NCBI GenBank assembly: GCA_910578385.1
Contig: CAJTQV010000008.1
Span: forward strand, 21,271-85,270
DNA length: 64,000 nucleotides
Direction: 5' to 3'
From: an uncultured Muribaculaceae bacterium
Lineage (GTDB): Bacteria > Bacteroidota > Bacteroidia > Bacteroidales > Muribaculaceae
Under the pieces are notes generated by a model. That model saw only the letters and a list, made by a program, of their open reading frames with translations. It did no database searches and was not told the origin of the DNA. The position numbers and the translations under genes are program-made. Positions 29,931-40,213 of the stretch are shown here, in pieces (positions within the stretch are counted from its first letter, which is position 1; every line of letters starts with the position of its first letter).

Positions 29931-32291
29931 CTACATTTTGCTGTGGTAGCCGTCGGCGTATCCGTACATAGATGTTGCGGAATCCACACCATTGAGCACC
30001 AGCGACATGTTTCGGTAAGTCTTATCCTGATAAAGTTTCTCAATCTCCGGAAGCACGTCGAGTTCCAGATGTCCCACACGGATCACAAACATGCAGCGGT
30101 CACAAAGTTTCTCGATAATCTTGGCATCGGCCATAGCATTGATCGGCGGACAGTCTATCAGGACATAATCATAATTGTCTATGAGCTCAGTCACAAGATT
30201 CCTGAAGCGTTCTCCTTCAAGAAGCTCCGCCGGGTTCGGCGGGAAATGTCCTACAGGGAGTACATCCGCACCATGCAGATTATCGTCATGCACAACCACC
30301 GACTTCCAGTCATCTGAACGTCCACTGAGGTAATCGCTCAGACCCTTGGGCGGGTTGCCTATGGCTGCCGAGGTAGATCCATGACGCAGGTCACCGTCGA
30401 GAACCATGACTTTCTTGTTGCGCAGTGAAAGTGAAATCGCAAGGTTGAGAGTGACGAACGACTTGCCGCTGCCGGCGTTAAACGAGGTGATCATCATGAC
30501 CGAACCACGGTGGCTGAGAAATGTGACATTCGTACGCAACACACGGAATGCGTCGTTGACCACATCACGGCTGCCCGGCTCCACAACCAGACGCTCGTTG
30601 ATGCCGGCGGCGATACGTTCCTTCTTCCCTTTACCCTTGACCTGCGGAATCTCTCCGATGAGAGGAATTGACAAGCGCTCAAGGTCTTTCTTGCCACGAA
30701 CTTTCGTATTGGTCATCTCGCTCACAAAGGTAACACAGAACGGAAGGAAAAGTCCGAACAGGAACGCGAAGCCAACCACAAGTTTCTTGCGCGGAGATAC
30801 CGGCTTGATCTCACCGAAAGGCTTTGCTATGACCTCTGTGTTGTAGGGTGTGAAAGCCTGGCTGAGCTCGTTCTCCTCCTTCTTCTGGAGAAGGAATGTG
30901 TAGAGGCTCTCCATCACCTTGCGCTGACGCTCGATGCTGAGCAGGTAGTTGGCCTGACCGGGACTACGTGCTATTTTTGACTCAGCCTCACCTTTAAGAC
31001 TCTGGGCGTTCTGAAGTTGACCGGAAAGTGAGACAATCTCATTGTTTACCGAAGCCTGGAGACTCTTGTACATCTCATCCAGCTCCTTGTCCATGGTTGT
31101 CAATACGGGGTGGTTCACAGAAGAGTTTGCCACAAGTCGGTTACGCTCAAGCAGCTTGGTGTTATACTCCGAAATAGCCTTTTCAACAGCCGTGCTGCCG
31201 ATGCCGGTATTGGCGGGAAGCACCTCACTCTTGTGACTCGGATTCGAGAGATACTGGCTCATGTAGCGGGCTATCTGAAGACGGTTGTTGATTTCATACA
31301 ACTGCTCATCACCCTTACGCGCCACCTGCATATAGCCCACTGTAGCCTCACGGATATCCGGAATCTGGTTCTCCGCCTGATAGGTGGAGACGTTGTTGTC
31401 AACCCCCTTCAGCTGTGATTCGAGCGATACGAGACGTTCATCAATAAACTTGCTTGTGGCTTTGGAAGTCTCATTGCGGTTCTGCACCCAGCTGTCATTA
31501 TATACCTGCACGAGAGTGGAGAGAAGATCGTTTGCCCGTTCCAGGTCATTGTCGTTGACAGCAAGCTCGATTGTATTTCCCCACTGGTCGAGGAGTTTGA
31601 TATCGAATTTACCGGCATAATTGTTGGCCGCGGGCACTATGGGCTGACGACCCACCATCACCGTATATTCTTCACCGGGCTTATAGTTGGGACCTTTGGA
31701 TACCACCATCAGACCCAGGGGAGTCTTGGCAGGCTCTCCAAACCTGATGGGTGCTTTCTGTGTGTATTCCACCTCTGTAGCAGGAATGCGGTCTGTGCCA
31801 CGCGAAATGTCCGACAGCGAGATGTCGCCGTTCTTTGCAATTTCCAGTTTAAAGCTGGCGGCATCGGCATCAGTAAACTGCGGAAGAGTCACAGTCACCG
31901 GGAGCGAGTCTCCATACACAATCTTATCATGGAAACGTCCGGGTAACGCGTAGTTCATATCAAGTTTCAGGATACGCACAACCTCTTCCATCAGGTCGGG
32001 ACTCTGCAACTTGTTGATTTCGTCGCGGATGTTGGTGTTTGAGCTCAGCATCCCCATGCCGGCAAAGGCACTCAGCTGCGAACCGATTGATCCGCCGCCG
32101 GTATCATCCTTCAGCACGATGCGCGAGAATCGTTCGTATGATGGCTGGCGCGTGAGCACATAGGCCGACGCAAGCCCTACACACACCACCACCGACACGA
32201 TAATCCAGGGCCAGTGGCGCAGCGTGGTCTTTATTACTTCCGAGATTTTTACGGTCTTCCGACCGCCGCGGTGTTCTTCCTCGTTATGCAT
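29931..32291 (-). CDS. wzc: Wzc polysaccharide co-polymerase / tyrosine autokinase
   Basis: Two TMs, AFRVLRTN, SFNAGSGKS, DGDLR, PPNPAELL, IDCPP, C-terminal YGYADGY. Confidence 0.92.
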   Translation of the reverse strand: MHNEEEHRGGRKTVKISEVIKTTLRHWPWIIVSVVVCVGLASAYVLTRQPSYERFSRIVLKDDTGGGSIGSQLSAFAGMGMLSSNTNIRDEINKLQSPDLMEEVVRILKLDMNYALPGRFHDKIVYGDSLPVTVTLPQFTDADAASFKLEIAKNGDISLSDISRGTDRIPATEVEYTQKAPIRFGEPAKTPLGLMVVSKGPNYKPGEEYTVMVGRQPIVPAANNYAGKFDIKLLDQWGNTIELAVNDNDLERANDLLSTLVQVYNDSWVQNRNETSKATSKFIDERLVSLESQLKGVDNNVSTYQAENQIPDIREATVGYMQVARKGDEQLYEINNRLQIARYMSQYLSNPSHKSEVLPANTGIGSTAVEKAISEYNTKLLERNRLVANSSVNHPVLTTMDKELDEMYKSLQASVNNEIVSLSGQLQNAQSLKGEAESKIARSPGQANYLLSIERQRKVMESLYTFLLQKKEENELSQAFTPYNTEVIAKPFGEIKPVSPRKKLVVGFAFLFGLFLPFCVTFVSEMTNTKVRGKKDLERLSIPLIGEIPQVKGKGKKERIAAGINERLVVEPGSRDVVNDAFRVLRTNVTFLSHRGSVMMITSFNAGSGKSFVTLNLAISLSLRNKKVMVLDGDLRHGSTSAAIGNPPKGLSDYLSGRSDDWKSVVVHDDNLHGADVLPVGHFPPNPAELLEGERFRNLVTELIDNYDYVLIDCPPINAMADAKIIEKLCDRCMFVIRVGHLELDVLPEIEKLYQDKTYRNMSLVLNGVDSATSMYGYADGYHSKM

Positions 32292-32346
32292 AATTTCTGT
32301 GATGGTATCTTGTGCGAAACTTCACACAAGATTCTAATACAATGTT

Positions 32347-33150
32347 TTATCTGAAAATAATAACTGCAATCGACGTCAGTACACTTGCCACCGACACCCA
32401 GATTGACGGATTGTAGAAAACGTTGGCCGTTTCTGTAGCCTGGCGCTTACGTGTATTGTTCGGTTCAACGTACACCACATCATTCTGACGAAGATAATAT
32501 GCCGGACTGTCCATGAGCGACTTGGTGTCGGTCAGGTCAACGCGATAGGCAATATCCTTACCTTCATCCTCTCTGACCACAAGCACATTTTTTCTCTCAC
32601 CGGTAATATTGAGATCTCCGGCTTTTGAGAGGGCCTGAAGCAGCGTCATGTTGTCGCGCTCAATCGGATATTCACCCGGATTCTTCACATCTCCGAGAAC
32701 CGAAATTTTAGCATTCAGGTATTCCACAGTCACAACGGGATCCTTTACCAGCTCGCGCGATATTATTTCACGCTTTATAAGCTCCGCTACCCCGTAGCGG
32801 TTCATACCGGCCACATGTAGTTTGCCGATCAACGGGAAATCTATATCTCCGTTAGGGTCGATAGTATAGGCTGCCGCTTTCGACTCGGTCATTGAGCCGT
32901 TGGTGCCTGAACCAATTCGATACTGGGCGATCGCGAGGTTGAACGCCACGGCCAGCTCCGGATCTTTCGATGTCACGACAATGGCAAGCTTGTCATCGGG
33001 CTGCACGGTGATTCGTACCGGCGGAGCCACAGCCTCTGTCTGACCATTCTCGAATCCCTGCATATATGTTATGTCTTTAGGAACCTTGCACGAAGCAAGA
33101 GAGAGGCACAGCAGAGCGCCCAATATGATTTTGTGAAATCTCTTTTTCAA
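32347..33150 (-). CDS. wza: Wza polysaccharide export lipoprotein (probable TTG start at 33150)
   Basis: Lipobox LASC, PDDKL, GDIDFPLIG, VLGDVKNPG, YLRQNDVVYVEPN. Confidence 0.9.
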   Translation of the reverse strand: MKKRFHKIILGALLCLSLASCKVPKDITYMQGFENGQTEAVAPPVRITVQPDDKLAIVVTSKDPELAVAFNLAIAQYRIGSGTNGSMTESKAAAYTIDPNGDIDFPLIGKLHVAGMNRYGVAELIKREIISRELVKDPVVTVEYLNAKISVLGDVKNPGEYPIERDNMTLLQALSKAGDLNITGERKNVLVVREDEGKDIAYRVDLTDTKSLMDSPAYYLRQNDVVYVEPNNTRKRQATETANVFYNPSIWVSVASVLTSIAVIIFR

Positions 33151-33291
33151 AATCTTAGGTTTTATGTATGTTTGAACAGTTTCTATGTCGGTTATTTCTG
33201 GTGACGGAAGCCACGTGCGGACAGCATTCTGCGGCAACCGCTATTTTCTCTAACGTTATGCCACCACTTTCAAGTATATGACAACTCGAAG

Positions 33292-33927
33292 TTAGGGTTG
33301 ATTTTGTATACGCTCCACGTCGAGAGCGTCAATGTCTACACGCGCGTAACCGAGGAAATCTATTCCTACGGTAAGTTGGCTTTTGCCATCGGATGTCTGG
33401 ACCACTTCCCCTTCAAGGCCTCTGAGCGAACCTCGTATCACCTTGACTCTGTCACCTTTGCGATACTCTCCGATTATCGACACGGGTGTGTCGGAGTTAC
33501 CGAGCATGAACCGGAGGGTCTCAATCTGACGGTCAGGGATAACGGCCATTGGCTTACGCGTCGAATCAGCTGAAGAACCGGCACGGTTAGTCATGAATCT
33601 TTTTATATAGGGCAGCGTGACAATTGTCAGGCGTTCGCGCTCAGTGCATTTTATAAAGAGCAGCGTAGGTATGACGACGCGTACCACTTTTGCGCGTCGG
33701 CCGTTTTTCCAGACTCTCACTTCCTCCTGTGTCGGGAGATAGCATTCATATCCGGCTTTCGCTATGCGCTCGGCACACGCTTTCTCCGTATTGTGGTTGA
33801 CTATGGCCACAAACCACTTGCGGTCGGGCACGCCTACGGCGTCGCCAACGCCCGCAGGCACCGTCGCAACGCTGTTGTCCAACTTATCCGGAATATTGTC
33901 TGAACTTGATGTCATATAATTCCGCAT
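33292..33927 (-). CDS. upxY: UpxY (NusG-family) antiterminator; start uncertain
   Basis: NGN-like WFVAIV..EK, YLPTQ, IPDRQIETLRFML; KOW GDRVKVIRGSLRGLEG; first gene of the polysaccharide locus. Confidence 0.9.
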   Translation of the reverse strand: MRNYMTSSSDNIPDKLDNSVATVPAGVGDAVGVPDRKWFVAIVNHNTEKACAERIAKAGYECYLPTQEEVRVWKNGRRAKVVRVVIPTLLFIKCTERERLTIVTLPYIKRFMTNRAGSSADSTRKPMAVIPDRQIETLRFMLGNSDTPVSIIGEYRKGDRVKVIRGSLRGLEGEVVQTSDGKSQLTVGIDFLGYARVDIDALDVERIQNQP

Positions 33928-33988
33928 CTTTCCTTGCGCCGAAAGCTCAAAAGATTATCACCTCGGCACATGAAAAGATAATTAGCTA

Positions 33989-34020
33989 CAAAATTACAAA
34001 AAATTTCCGTATTTCACCAA
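33989..34020 (-). promoter_or_regulatory. Promoter of the capsule operon
   Basis: Minus strand TTGG - 20 nt - TAATTTTG. Confidence 0.6.
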
Positions 34021-34062
34021 TCCAATCCCAATATCATCGCAATCTTCTCACCCCAAACATCA

Positions 34063-34089
34063 TATTATTCTGATTATTATTCTGATTAT
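34063..34089. repeat. 12-bp tandem duplication
   Basis: tattattctgat x2 plus tat. Confidence 0.8.
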
Positions 34090-34110
34090 ATGAGAGATTC
34101 CTAAATAATA

Positions 34111-34145
34111 AGCAATCCCATAGGCTTGGAGCCTACGGGATTGCT
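34111..34145 (-). terminator. Terminator downstream of the tRNA
   Basis: AGCAATCCCGTAGGCT-CCA-AGCCTATGGGATTGCT then TATTATTT on the minus strand. Confidence 0.75.
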
Positions 34146-34159
34146 ACAGGTACCATCTG

Positions 34160-34247
34160 CGGAGTGAGCGAGATTCGAACTCGCGATACGCTTTTGGCGT
34201 ATACACGCTTTCCAGGCGTGCCTCTTCAGCCACTCGAGCATCACTCC
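34160..34247 (-). tRNA. tRNA-Ser(GGA)
   Basis: GGAGTGA acceptor stem, CACGC-CTGGAAA-GCGTG anticodon arm, long variable arm, GTTCGAATC T-loop; TAACTTTG promoter at 34265-34272. Confidence 0.96.
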
Positions 34248-34416
34248 TCTTCTTATTTTCTCTGCAAAGTTAATGCTTTTCGTCCAATTAACAATATTTT
34301 TGCCGATATTTTTATTAATTTTGTGATATTTTTTGTTCGTCAGTCTTTTGAAAGCATGACCCGAAGTGACTCAATCACCCGCAATCCATGCCACAAAGAC
34401 ACTGATTACCAACATT

Positions 34417-35001
34417 ATGAAGAAGCATTCATTAGCTCTCGTCCTGCTGACTCTCGCCCTGGCCTCATGCGGAGGTTCCCAGAAGAAAAGCAGCAAGTAC
34501 CCGGAGAATTTCAAATCTATCGGTGATGCCGGCCGCGTGGACTACATAATCCGCAACGCTCCGGCTGACTCGGTGGCAAGGTTCATTATCTATGGAGCGC
34601 TTGGCCGCAACCCCGAGGCTCCTATCGACACTGTCGCAATCGCCACCAACCACGCCTATGAAGTATTGACCGGCGACTCGCTCGACCGTTTCGCTGCCGA
34701 GTATGACATGCTTGTCGAATCGCTGCCGCTTGGCGACAAAATGAAAATCTACATGCTCGCCGGCTCGGAAGACCCCCAGGGACTCGGATACCGTCTCGGA
34801 CTGGAGTACATGACATCAATCCGCGACAACAACAAATCGGTACAAGACATCGAGTCCGAGCTTAAGGAATTCCGCAAAGCCTGCGGCACCGACACGGCCA
34901 TGTACCGCCGCTTCCTGATCGGTTTCAAGACCGTACTAAAGGTTGACCATGGTACAGACGTGCCGGAATCAGTCTACAACAAATTCATCAACTACGAATA
35001 A
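34417..35001 (+). CDS. Hypothetical lipoprotein
   Basis: MKKHSLALVLLTLALASC lipobox; TAATTTTG at 34316-34323. Confidence 0.75.
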   Translation: MKKHSLALVLLTLALASCGGSQKKSSKYPENFKSIGDAGRVDYIIRNAPADSVARFIIYGALGRNPEAPIDTVAIATNHAYEVLTGDSLDRFAAEYDMLVESLPLGDKMKIYMLAGSEDPQGLGYRLGLEYMTSIRDNNKSVQDIESELKEFRKACGTDTAMYRRFLIGFKTVLKVDHGTDVPESVYNKFINYE

Positions 35002-35092
35002 TCAACCCCCAACAGCCGTCGGCAAAAGACTTTTCATTTAAACCGGCAACTGGCATTTTATGATACAGGCTCCAACGACGGCCATAACTGAC

Positions 35093-36061
35093 ATGAAAAA
35101 ATTTTCTGACTACAGCGCGCACATCGAGAAAGTGCTGCGCGACCTGACTTTGCCCGGCGGTGCGCTTGCCGGGCTCTATGAACCTGTGACATACTCTCTC
35201 TCGGCTGGCGGCAAACGTCTCCGCCCGTCGCTCGTGCTCATGGCCGCCGACGCATTCGGCGAAGCGGCTGAAAAAGCTGAGAGCGCGGCTGTCGGCCTTG
35301 AGATGTTCCATAATTTCACGCTTCTCCACGACGATGTGATGGACCAGAGCGACATGCGCCGCGGCCGTCCCTCGGTTCACGCCAAGTGGGATGTCAACAC
35401 TGCCATTCTCTCGGGCGACACCATGCTGACGCTCGCAACGGAATGTGTGGCAAAGGTGGATGACAGCATATTGCGTCCTGTCCTCGACGCATTCAACAAC
35501 ATGGCTCTCCGCGTGTACGAGGGACAACGCCTCGACATGGACTTCGAAACCTCCGATAATGTGGAGATTGATGACTACATGCGCATGATCGCCGACAAGA
35601 CGGGCGCTCTGCTTGGAGCATGCGCACGTATCGGTGCCCTCATAGGCGGCGCATCTGAATCTGACGCCGCCCACATGGCTGAATACGGAGCCATGCTCGG
35701 TCTTGCTTTCCAGATTCAGGATGACTGGCTCGACGTTTTCGGCGACTCCACCACTTTCGGCAAACCGATCGGTGGGGACATCAACAACAACAAGAAGTCT
35801 TTCCTGCTGCTCACAGCCCTATCAAGCGGCACACCCGATGCCCAAGCCCTCCGCGAGGCCATGAAGCTTCCCGCCGGCGACACAAAAATCAAGATTGTCA
35901 CCCGTCTCTACGAGCGTCTCGACATGAACCGTCACTGCCGCGAGGCCATCAACCATTACAGCGCCAAGGCAATGGCCGCCCTCAAGGCTACATCGCTCAG
36001 CGACGAGGCCCGTGAGCCGTTCCGCCTGCTTGTTGAAAAACTTACCGGACGCAAGAAATAA
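35093..36061 (+). CDS. Polyprenyl diphosphate synthase (IspA-like)
   Basis: GGKRLRP, LHDDVMD, RRG, GD, KT, AFQIQDD. Confidence 0.92.
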   Translation: MKKFSDYSAHIEKVLRDLTLPGGALAGLYEPVTYSLSAGGKRLRPSLVLMAADAFGEAAEKAESAAVGLEMFHNFTLLHDDVMDQSDMRRGRPSVHAKWDVNTAILSGDTMLTLATECVAKVDDSILRPVLDAFNNMALRVYEGQRLDMDFETSDNVEIDDYMRMIADKTGALLGACARIGALIGGASESDAAHMAEYGAMLGLAFQIQDDWLDVFGDSTTFGKPIGGDINNNKKSFLLLTALSSGTPDAQALREAMKLPAGDTKIKIVTRLYERLDMNRHCREAINHYSAKAMAALKATSLSDEAREPFRLLVEKLTGRKK

Positions 36062-36063
36062 CC

Positions 36064-36840
36064 GTGACCGACACTCATACACATCTATATATGCCCGACG
36101 CCTACCCCGACGGTGGCGTCGGCGCAGTTACACGGGCTATCGAAGCCGGGGTGACACGCTTGGTGTTTCCTTGTGTGAACCTCGGTTCGCTGCCCGACAT
36201 GAGGAGACTTCATGAAGAGTTTCCTGAGAATACCCGTCTCGCCCTCGGACTGCATCCCACCGACCTTTCCGCCGATTGGCAGAGTGACCTCGACAAGATG
36301 GAGGCAATGCTGCCCGGTGACTTCGCAGCAATCGGAGAAGTCGGCATAGACCTCTATCACGACGCTTCGATGCGCGAGGAGCAACGTGTGGCCTTTGCAC
36401 GTCAGATCGGTTGGGCTCAACGCTTCGGGCTGCCGGTAATCATTCATTGCCGCGAAGGTCTCGACGACACTCTCCGTGTTCTTTCCGGGACTGAGGGTAA
36501 GCTTCCGCCGCTGGTTTTCCACAGTTTCACAGGCACAGCCGACGATGTCCGCCGCATCCGCACGGTCTGCGACCCATGGTTCGGAATCAACGGGGTGGTG
36601 ACTTTCAAGAACGCACCGCTGCTCCGTGAGGCTCTCCCGGAAATCGGCCTTGACAGAATCCTCCTTGAGACCGACTCTCCATGGCTCTCCCCCGCTCCGA
36701 AACGTGGACAGACCAATGAAAGCGCCCGCATTCCCTACATCCGCGACTGCGTGGCCACCACGCTCGGGGTAACTCCCGAAGAGGTTGAACGGGTTACCGA
36801 CGAAGCTGCCGAGCAGCTATTCTTCACCCGCACACCCTGA
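36064..36840 (+). CDS. tatD: TatD-family hydrolase
   Basis: DTHTH, GLHP, IGEVGID, IHCR, FHSF, LETDSP. Confidence 0.92.
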   Translation: MTDTHTHLYMPDAYPDGGVGAVTRAIEAGVTRLVFPCVNLGSLPDMRRLHEEFPENTRLALGLHPTDLSADWQSDLDKMEAMLPGDFAAIGEVGIDLYHDASMREEQRVAFARQIGWAQRFGLPVIIHCREGLDDTLRVLSGTEGKLPPLVFHSFTGTADDVRRIRTVCDPWFGINGVVTFKNAPLLREALPEIGLDRILLETDSPWLSPAPKRGQTNESARIPYIRDCVATTLGVTPEEVERVTDEAAEQLFFTRTP

Positions 36841-36876
36841 AACAGACTCTTATTTGACACAAATCCGTAAGGAGAC

Positions 36877-38862
36877 ATGATTTCACAACCCGTAGCCATA
36901 TTCCTTCTCGTGCTGGTCATCATCCTGTTGGGACCGGTACTGTTCCGCAGGCTGAAGATTCCCCCCATCGTGGGCATGATCATCGCCGGTATGGCTGTGG
37001 GTCCCTACGGATTCGGTCTTCTCGACCGCGACGCGAGTTTCCGCATCTTCGGCGAGGTAGGAATCCTCTACATCATGTTCCAGGCGGCCGTCGAGATTGA
37101 CATGTTTCACCTGCGGCAACAATACCGCAAGGGCATCATATTCGGTCTCATATCGTTCCTGCTACCGATGGTAGCGGGTGTTTTCGGCGCCCGCTACGCA
37201 TTCGGCGCGACATGGGACACCGCTCTGCTTATCGCCTCTATGTATGCCTCGCACACACTTGTCTCCTACCCCGTGGTCAGCAAGTTCGGACTTCAGAACA
37301 CACGTGGAGCCGTCATCGCCGTCTGCGGCACGATTGTGGCCGTGATGCTGGCCCTGCTCTGCCTGGCCGGTGTGGTACAGACCCATATCGAGGGTGAATT
37401 TCACGGCATGAGCATAATCCGTCTGCTCTTGCAGATGGGAATATACTGCGTGGCGATAGGATACTCTTTCCCATTTGCCATGCGCCGCTTCTTCAAAAGC
37501 AACTCCGAGCCGGTGGCGCAATATATATTCGTGCTCGCTCTTGTGTTTGTAGCCTCTCTGTTCGCTCAGCTGATCGGACTGGAGGCCATATTGGGGGCTT
37601 TCTACGCCGGACTTATACTCAACCGTCTGATTCCGGGACGTTCTCCGCTCATGAAGAACATCCGCTTTGTCGGCGACTCCATTTTCATCCCCTACTTCCT
37701 TATCGGAGTGGGAATGCTGATCAACGTGGGAGTCATACTGAAAGGCTGGGGAGTAATCTGGGTTGCGGCAAATATGTCGCTTGTGGCCCTCTCTACCAAG
37801 TGGCTCGCGGCATATGCAACGCAGAAAGCGTTCGGACTCTCGAGTGCCGAACAGACACTTATGTTCGGTCTGACAAGCGGAAAGGCAGCGGCGACAATCG
37901 CGGCCGTGATGGTCGGATATAAATACGGTATGCTCACCGAAGACATGATGAACGGAGCCGTGGTCATGATTCTTATCTGCTGCATAGTGGCATCGGTTGT
38001 TACGGAGAACGCTGCAAAGAAAATACGTATCAGCCTCACGCAACAGGATCTTGAGCATGAGGATGTGGGACAGACCGAGTTCGCGCGTCAGGTGGTATCG
38101 GTGTCAAACCCTGTAACGGCCGAGGGTCTGATGCGCATGGCTCTCTTCATGCGCAACCGTCTGAACAAAATACCGATGACCCTGCTCTATGTTCGTACCG
38201 GCGACGACACCCGTGCCCGCGCCATGGGACGCACCGCCATGCGGGGAGCCATCGAGGCTGCCGAGGAAATGGACGTGGAGGTCCGCTCCATGGAGCGTTT
38301 CGACATCAGTGTTACGTCAGCTCTTCGCAATGTGGCTGTCGAACAAGAAGCCACCGAGATAGTGATCGGACTTCACCGCAAGGCTAATATTGTAGACACG
38401 TTCTTCGGCTCGCTCGTGGAACAGCTGCTCGAATCGACCCACCGCATGGTCATAATGTCGCGCTGTTTCATACCGGTCGATACGGTGACTAGAGTCATAG
38501 TAGTAGTGCCGCGGAAAGCAGAATATGAGACCGGATTCCATCTCTGGGTTACAAGATTAGCCATGCTGGCCTTCAACATTGAGGCCCGTCTGACGTTTAT
38601 ATCGTATAAGGAGACTGAAGAATTCATACGCACAGCCATCGCCGAGGACAAAATCGAGGTGGAAGTACGCTTTGAGTTGCTTGATTCCTACGATGATTTC
38701 ATACTCCTTTCGGGTGATGTCGGCGACGATGACCTCCTTGTCGTGGTCGGCGCCCGCAAGGGATCGATATCGTACAACAGTGAGCAGGAGTCGCTTCCCG
38801 GCTTCCTGAGCCGCTACTTCAGCCGCCACAATCTGATGGTGATTTACCCAAAACAGTTTTAA
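36877..38862 (+). CDS. CPA2 cation:proton antiporter with a C-terminal USP-like region
   Basis: About 13 TMs, GEVGILYIMF, EAILGAF, IFIPYFL; soluble tail. Confidence 0.85.
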   Translation: MISQPVAIFLLVLVIILLGPVLFRRLKIPPIVGMIIAGMAVGPYGFGLLDRDASFRIFGEVGILYIMFQAAVEIDMFHLRQQYRKGIIFGLISFLLPMVAGVFGARYAFGATWDTALLIASMYASHTLVSYPVVSKFGLQNTRGAVIAVCGTIVAVMLALLCLAGVVQTHIEGEFHGMSIIRLLLQMGIYCVAIGYSFPFAMRRFFKSNSEPVAQYIFVLALVFVASLFAQLIGLEAILGAFYAGLILNRLIPGRSPLMKNIRFVGDSIFIPYFLIGVGMLINVGVILKGWGVIWVAANMSLVALSTKWLAAYATQKAFGLSSAEQTLMFGLTSGKAAATIAAVMVGYKYGMLTEDMMNGAVVMILICCIVASVVTENAAKKIRISLTQQDLEHEDVGQTEFARQVVSVSNPVTAEGLMRMALFMRNRLNKIPMTLLYVRTGDDTRARAMGRTAMRGAIEAAEEMDVEVRSMERFDISVTSALRNVAVEQEATEIVIGLHRKANIVDTFFGSLVEQLLESTHRMVIMSRCFIPVDTVTRVIVVVPRKAEYETGFHLWVTRLAMLAFNIEARLTFISYKETEEFIRTAIAEDKIEVEVRFELLDSYDDFILLSGDVGDDDLLVVVGARKGSISYNSEQESLPGFLSRYFSRHNLMVIYPKQF

Positions 38863-38894
38863 CCCTTTTATAAACACACTAAACACACACCACT

Positions 38895-39605
38895 ATGAAA
38901 AAGTATTTAGCCGAATTTTTCGGCACCATGTTCCTGGTGCTTCTCGCCTGCGGAAGTGCAGTGCTCGCCGGCCCTTCTATCGGAGGCCTCGGAATCGGTC
39001 TCTGCTTCGGCCTCGTGCTCGTCTGTCTGTGCTATTGCATCGGCAACATCTCCGGATGCCATGTCAATCCCGCAGTCTCGTTCGCTATGTTGCTCCATGG
39101 AAAGATGTCGGTCAAGGACTTCATCTTCTACGTCATCTTCCAGCTCGCGGGGGCAGCCGTAGGTGCCGGATTCCTCTACTGGTTCTGGCAGATGGGAGGA
39201 GAACAGTTCCAGTTCGGCGGCATCACCGCCCAGAGCGGAAACTTCCTTGCCACCAATGTGTGCCAGCCCGGTGTTAGCCAGGGAATGGCTCTTCTGAGCG
39301 AGATTCTGCTCACCATGTTCTTTGTGCTGATTGTCCTCGGCTCAACCGATGAGAAGAAAGGCTTCGGCAAGTTCGCAGGTCTGGCCATCGGTCTCGGCCT
39401 CGGTCTGGTAAACATCGTCGGCATACCTGTCGATAACTGCTCTGTTAACCCCGCCCGCAGCTTCGGTCCCGCCATCTACAGCCCGAACGCATGGGGTGAT
39501 TTCTGGATTATGGTAGTCGGCCCGCTCGTAGGTGCAATCCTTTCTGTAATCATCTGGAAAATGGTGACATGTCGCAAGGCTTGCGAAGCCAATGTCGAAG
39601 ACTGA
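38895..39605 (+). CDS. MIP-family aquaporin (AqpZ-like)
   Basis: AEFFGT, SGCHVNPAVS, SVNPARSFGP. Confidence 0.92.
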   Translation: MKKYLAEFFGTMFLVLLACGSAVLAGPSIGGLGIGLCFGLVLVCLCYCIGNISGCHVNPAVSFAMLLHGKMSVKDFIFYVIFQLAGAAVGAGFLYWFWQMGGEQFQFGGITAQSGNFLATNVCQPGVSQGMALLSEILLTMFFVLIVLGSTDEKKGFGKFAGLAIGLGLGLVNIVGIPVDNCSVNPARSFGPAIYSPNAWGDFWIMVVGPLVGAILSVIIWKMVTCRKACEANVED

Positions 39606-39639
39606 TCGCCACGCTCCGGAATTAATACCGTAAAATTCA

Positions 39640-40200
39640 ATGACAGAATTCGATACGGAGCAAGACTCCGGAGTAACATATCTCACACGCGAGGTCGCGG
39701 CAGCGGACTACATTGTCCGCTACCGCGACCCCGTCCGTTTTTTGGAATGCTGCAAGGTTTGCCCGTCGTTCGGGCGCACCTACAAATGTCCTCCAATCAC
39801 CGGTGAACGGAACATAGATTTCTCCCCCTTCACGACGGCCCGTATCATCGTCGCCAAGATTCCAATTCCCCCCCGCACCCCGGTGTCGGAGGCATCCTCA
39901 ATACTCAACCCGATACGGCTGAAGCTTGAAAAGAATCTGCTCGACATGGAACGCCAGACCGCCGGCAGCCGCGCATTCTGCTGTACGGCCACCGACGGTT
40001 GTGACTTCTGCTCTGGAACGGCTTGCGCCCGGCTCTCCGAAGAACCATGCCGTCACCCCGAACTCGTCCGCCCCTCGCTCGAAGCATACGGTTTTGACCT
40101 CTCCGCCACCCTCTCCGACCTCTTCTGTCTTGAAATGCTGTGGGGCAAAGATGGTTACCTACCCTCCTACCTTGTACTAATAGGGGCAGTCTTCCAATAA
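39640..40200 (+). CDS. Cys-rich predicted metal-binding protein (DUF2284-like)
   Basis: CKVC..CPP, CDFC..C..PCRHP..RPSLEAYGFD. Confidence 0.75.
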   Translation: MTEFDTEQDSGVTYLTREVAAADYIVRYRDPVRFLECCKVCPSFGRTYKCPPITGERNIDFSPFTTARIIVAKIPIPPRTPVSEASSILNPIRLKLEKNLLDMERQTAGSRAFCCTATDGCDFCSGTACARLSEEPCRHPELVRPSLEAYGFDLSATLSDLFCLEMLWGKDGYLPSYLVLIGAVFQ

Positions 40201-40213
40201 AATTTTAAGATTC

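Noticed and set aside
33930..34160. Invertible capsule promoter
   Set aside because: No inverted repeat pair flanking the promoter and no recombinase nearby.
9200..34247. Capsule locus as an island integrated at tRNA-Ser
   Set aside because: No integrase and no duplicate of the tRNA 3' end seen at the far boundary; the tRNA has its own terminator.
34164..34526. 120-aa ORF over the tRNA
   Set aside because: It overlaps tRNA-Ser antisense and a promoter region, so it is spurious.
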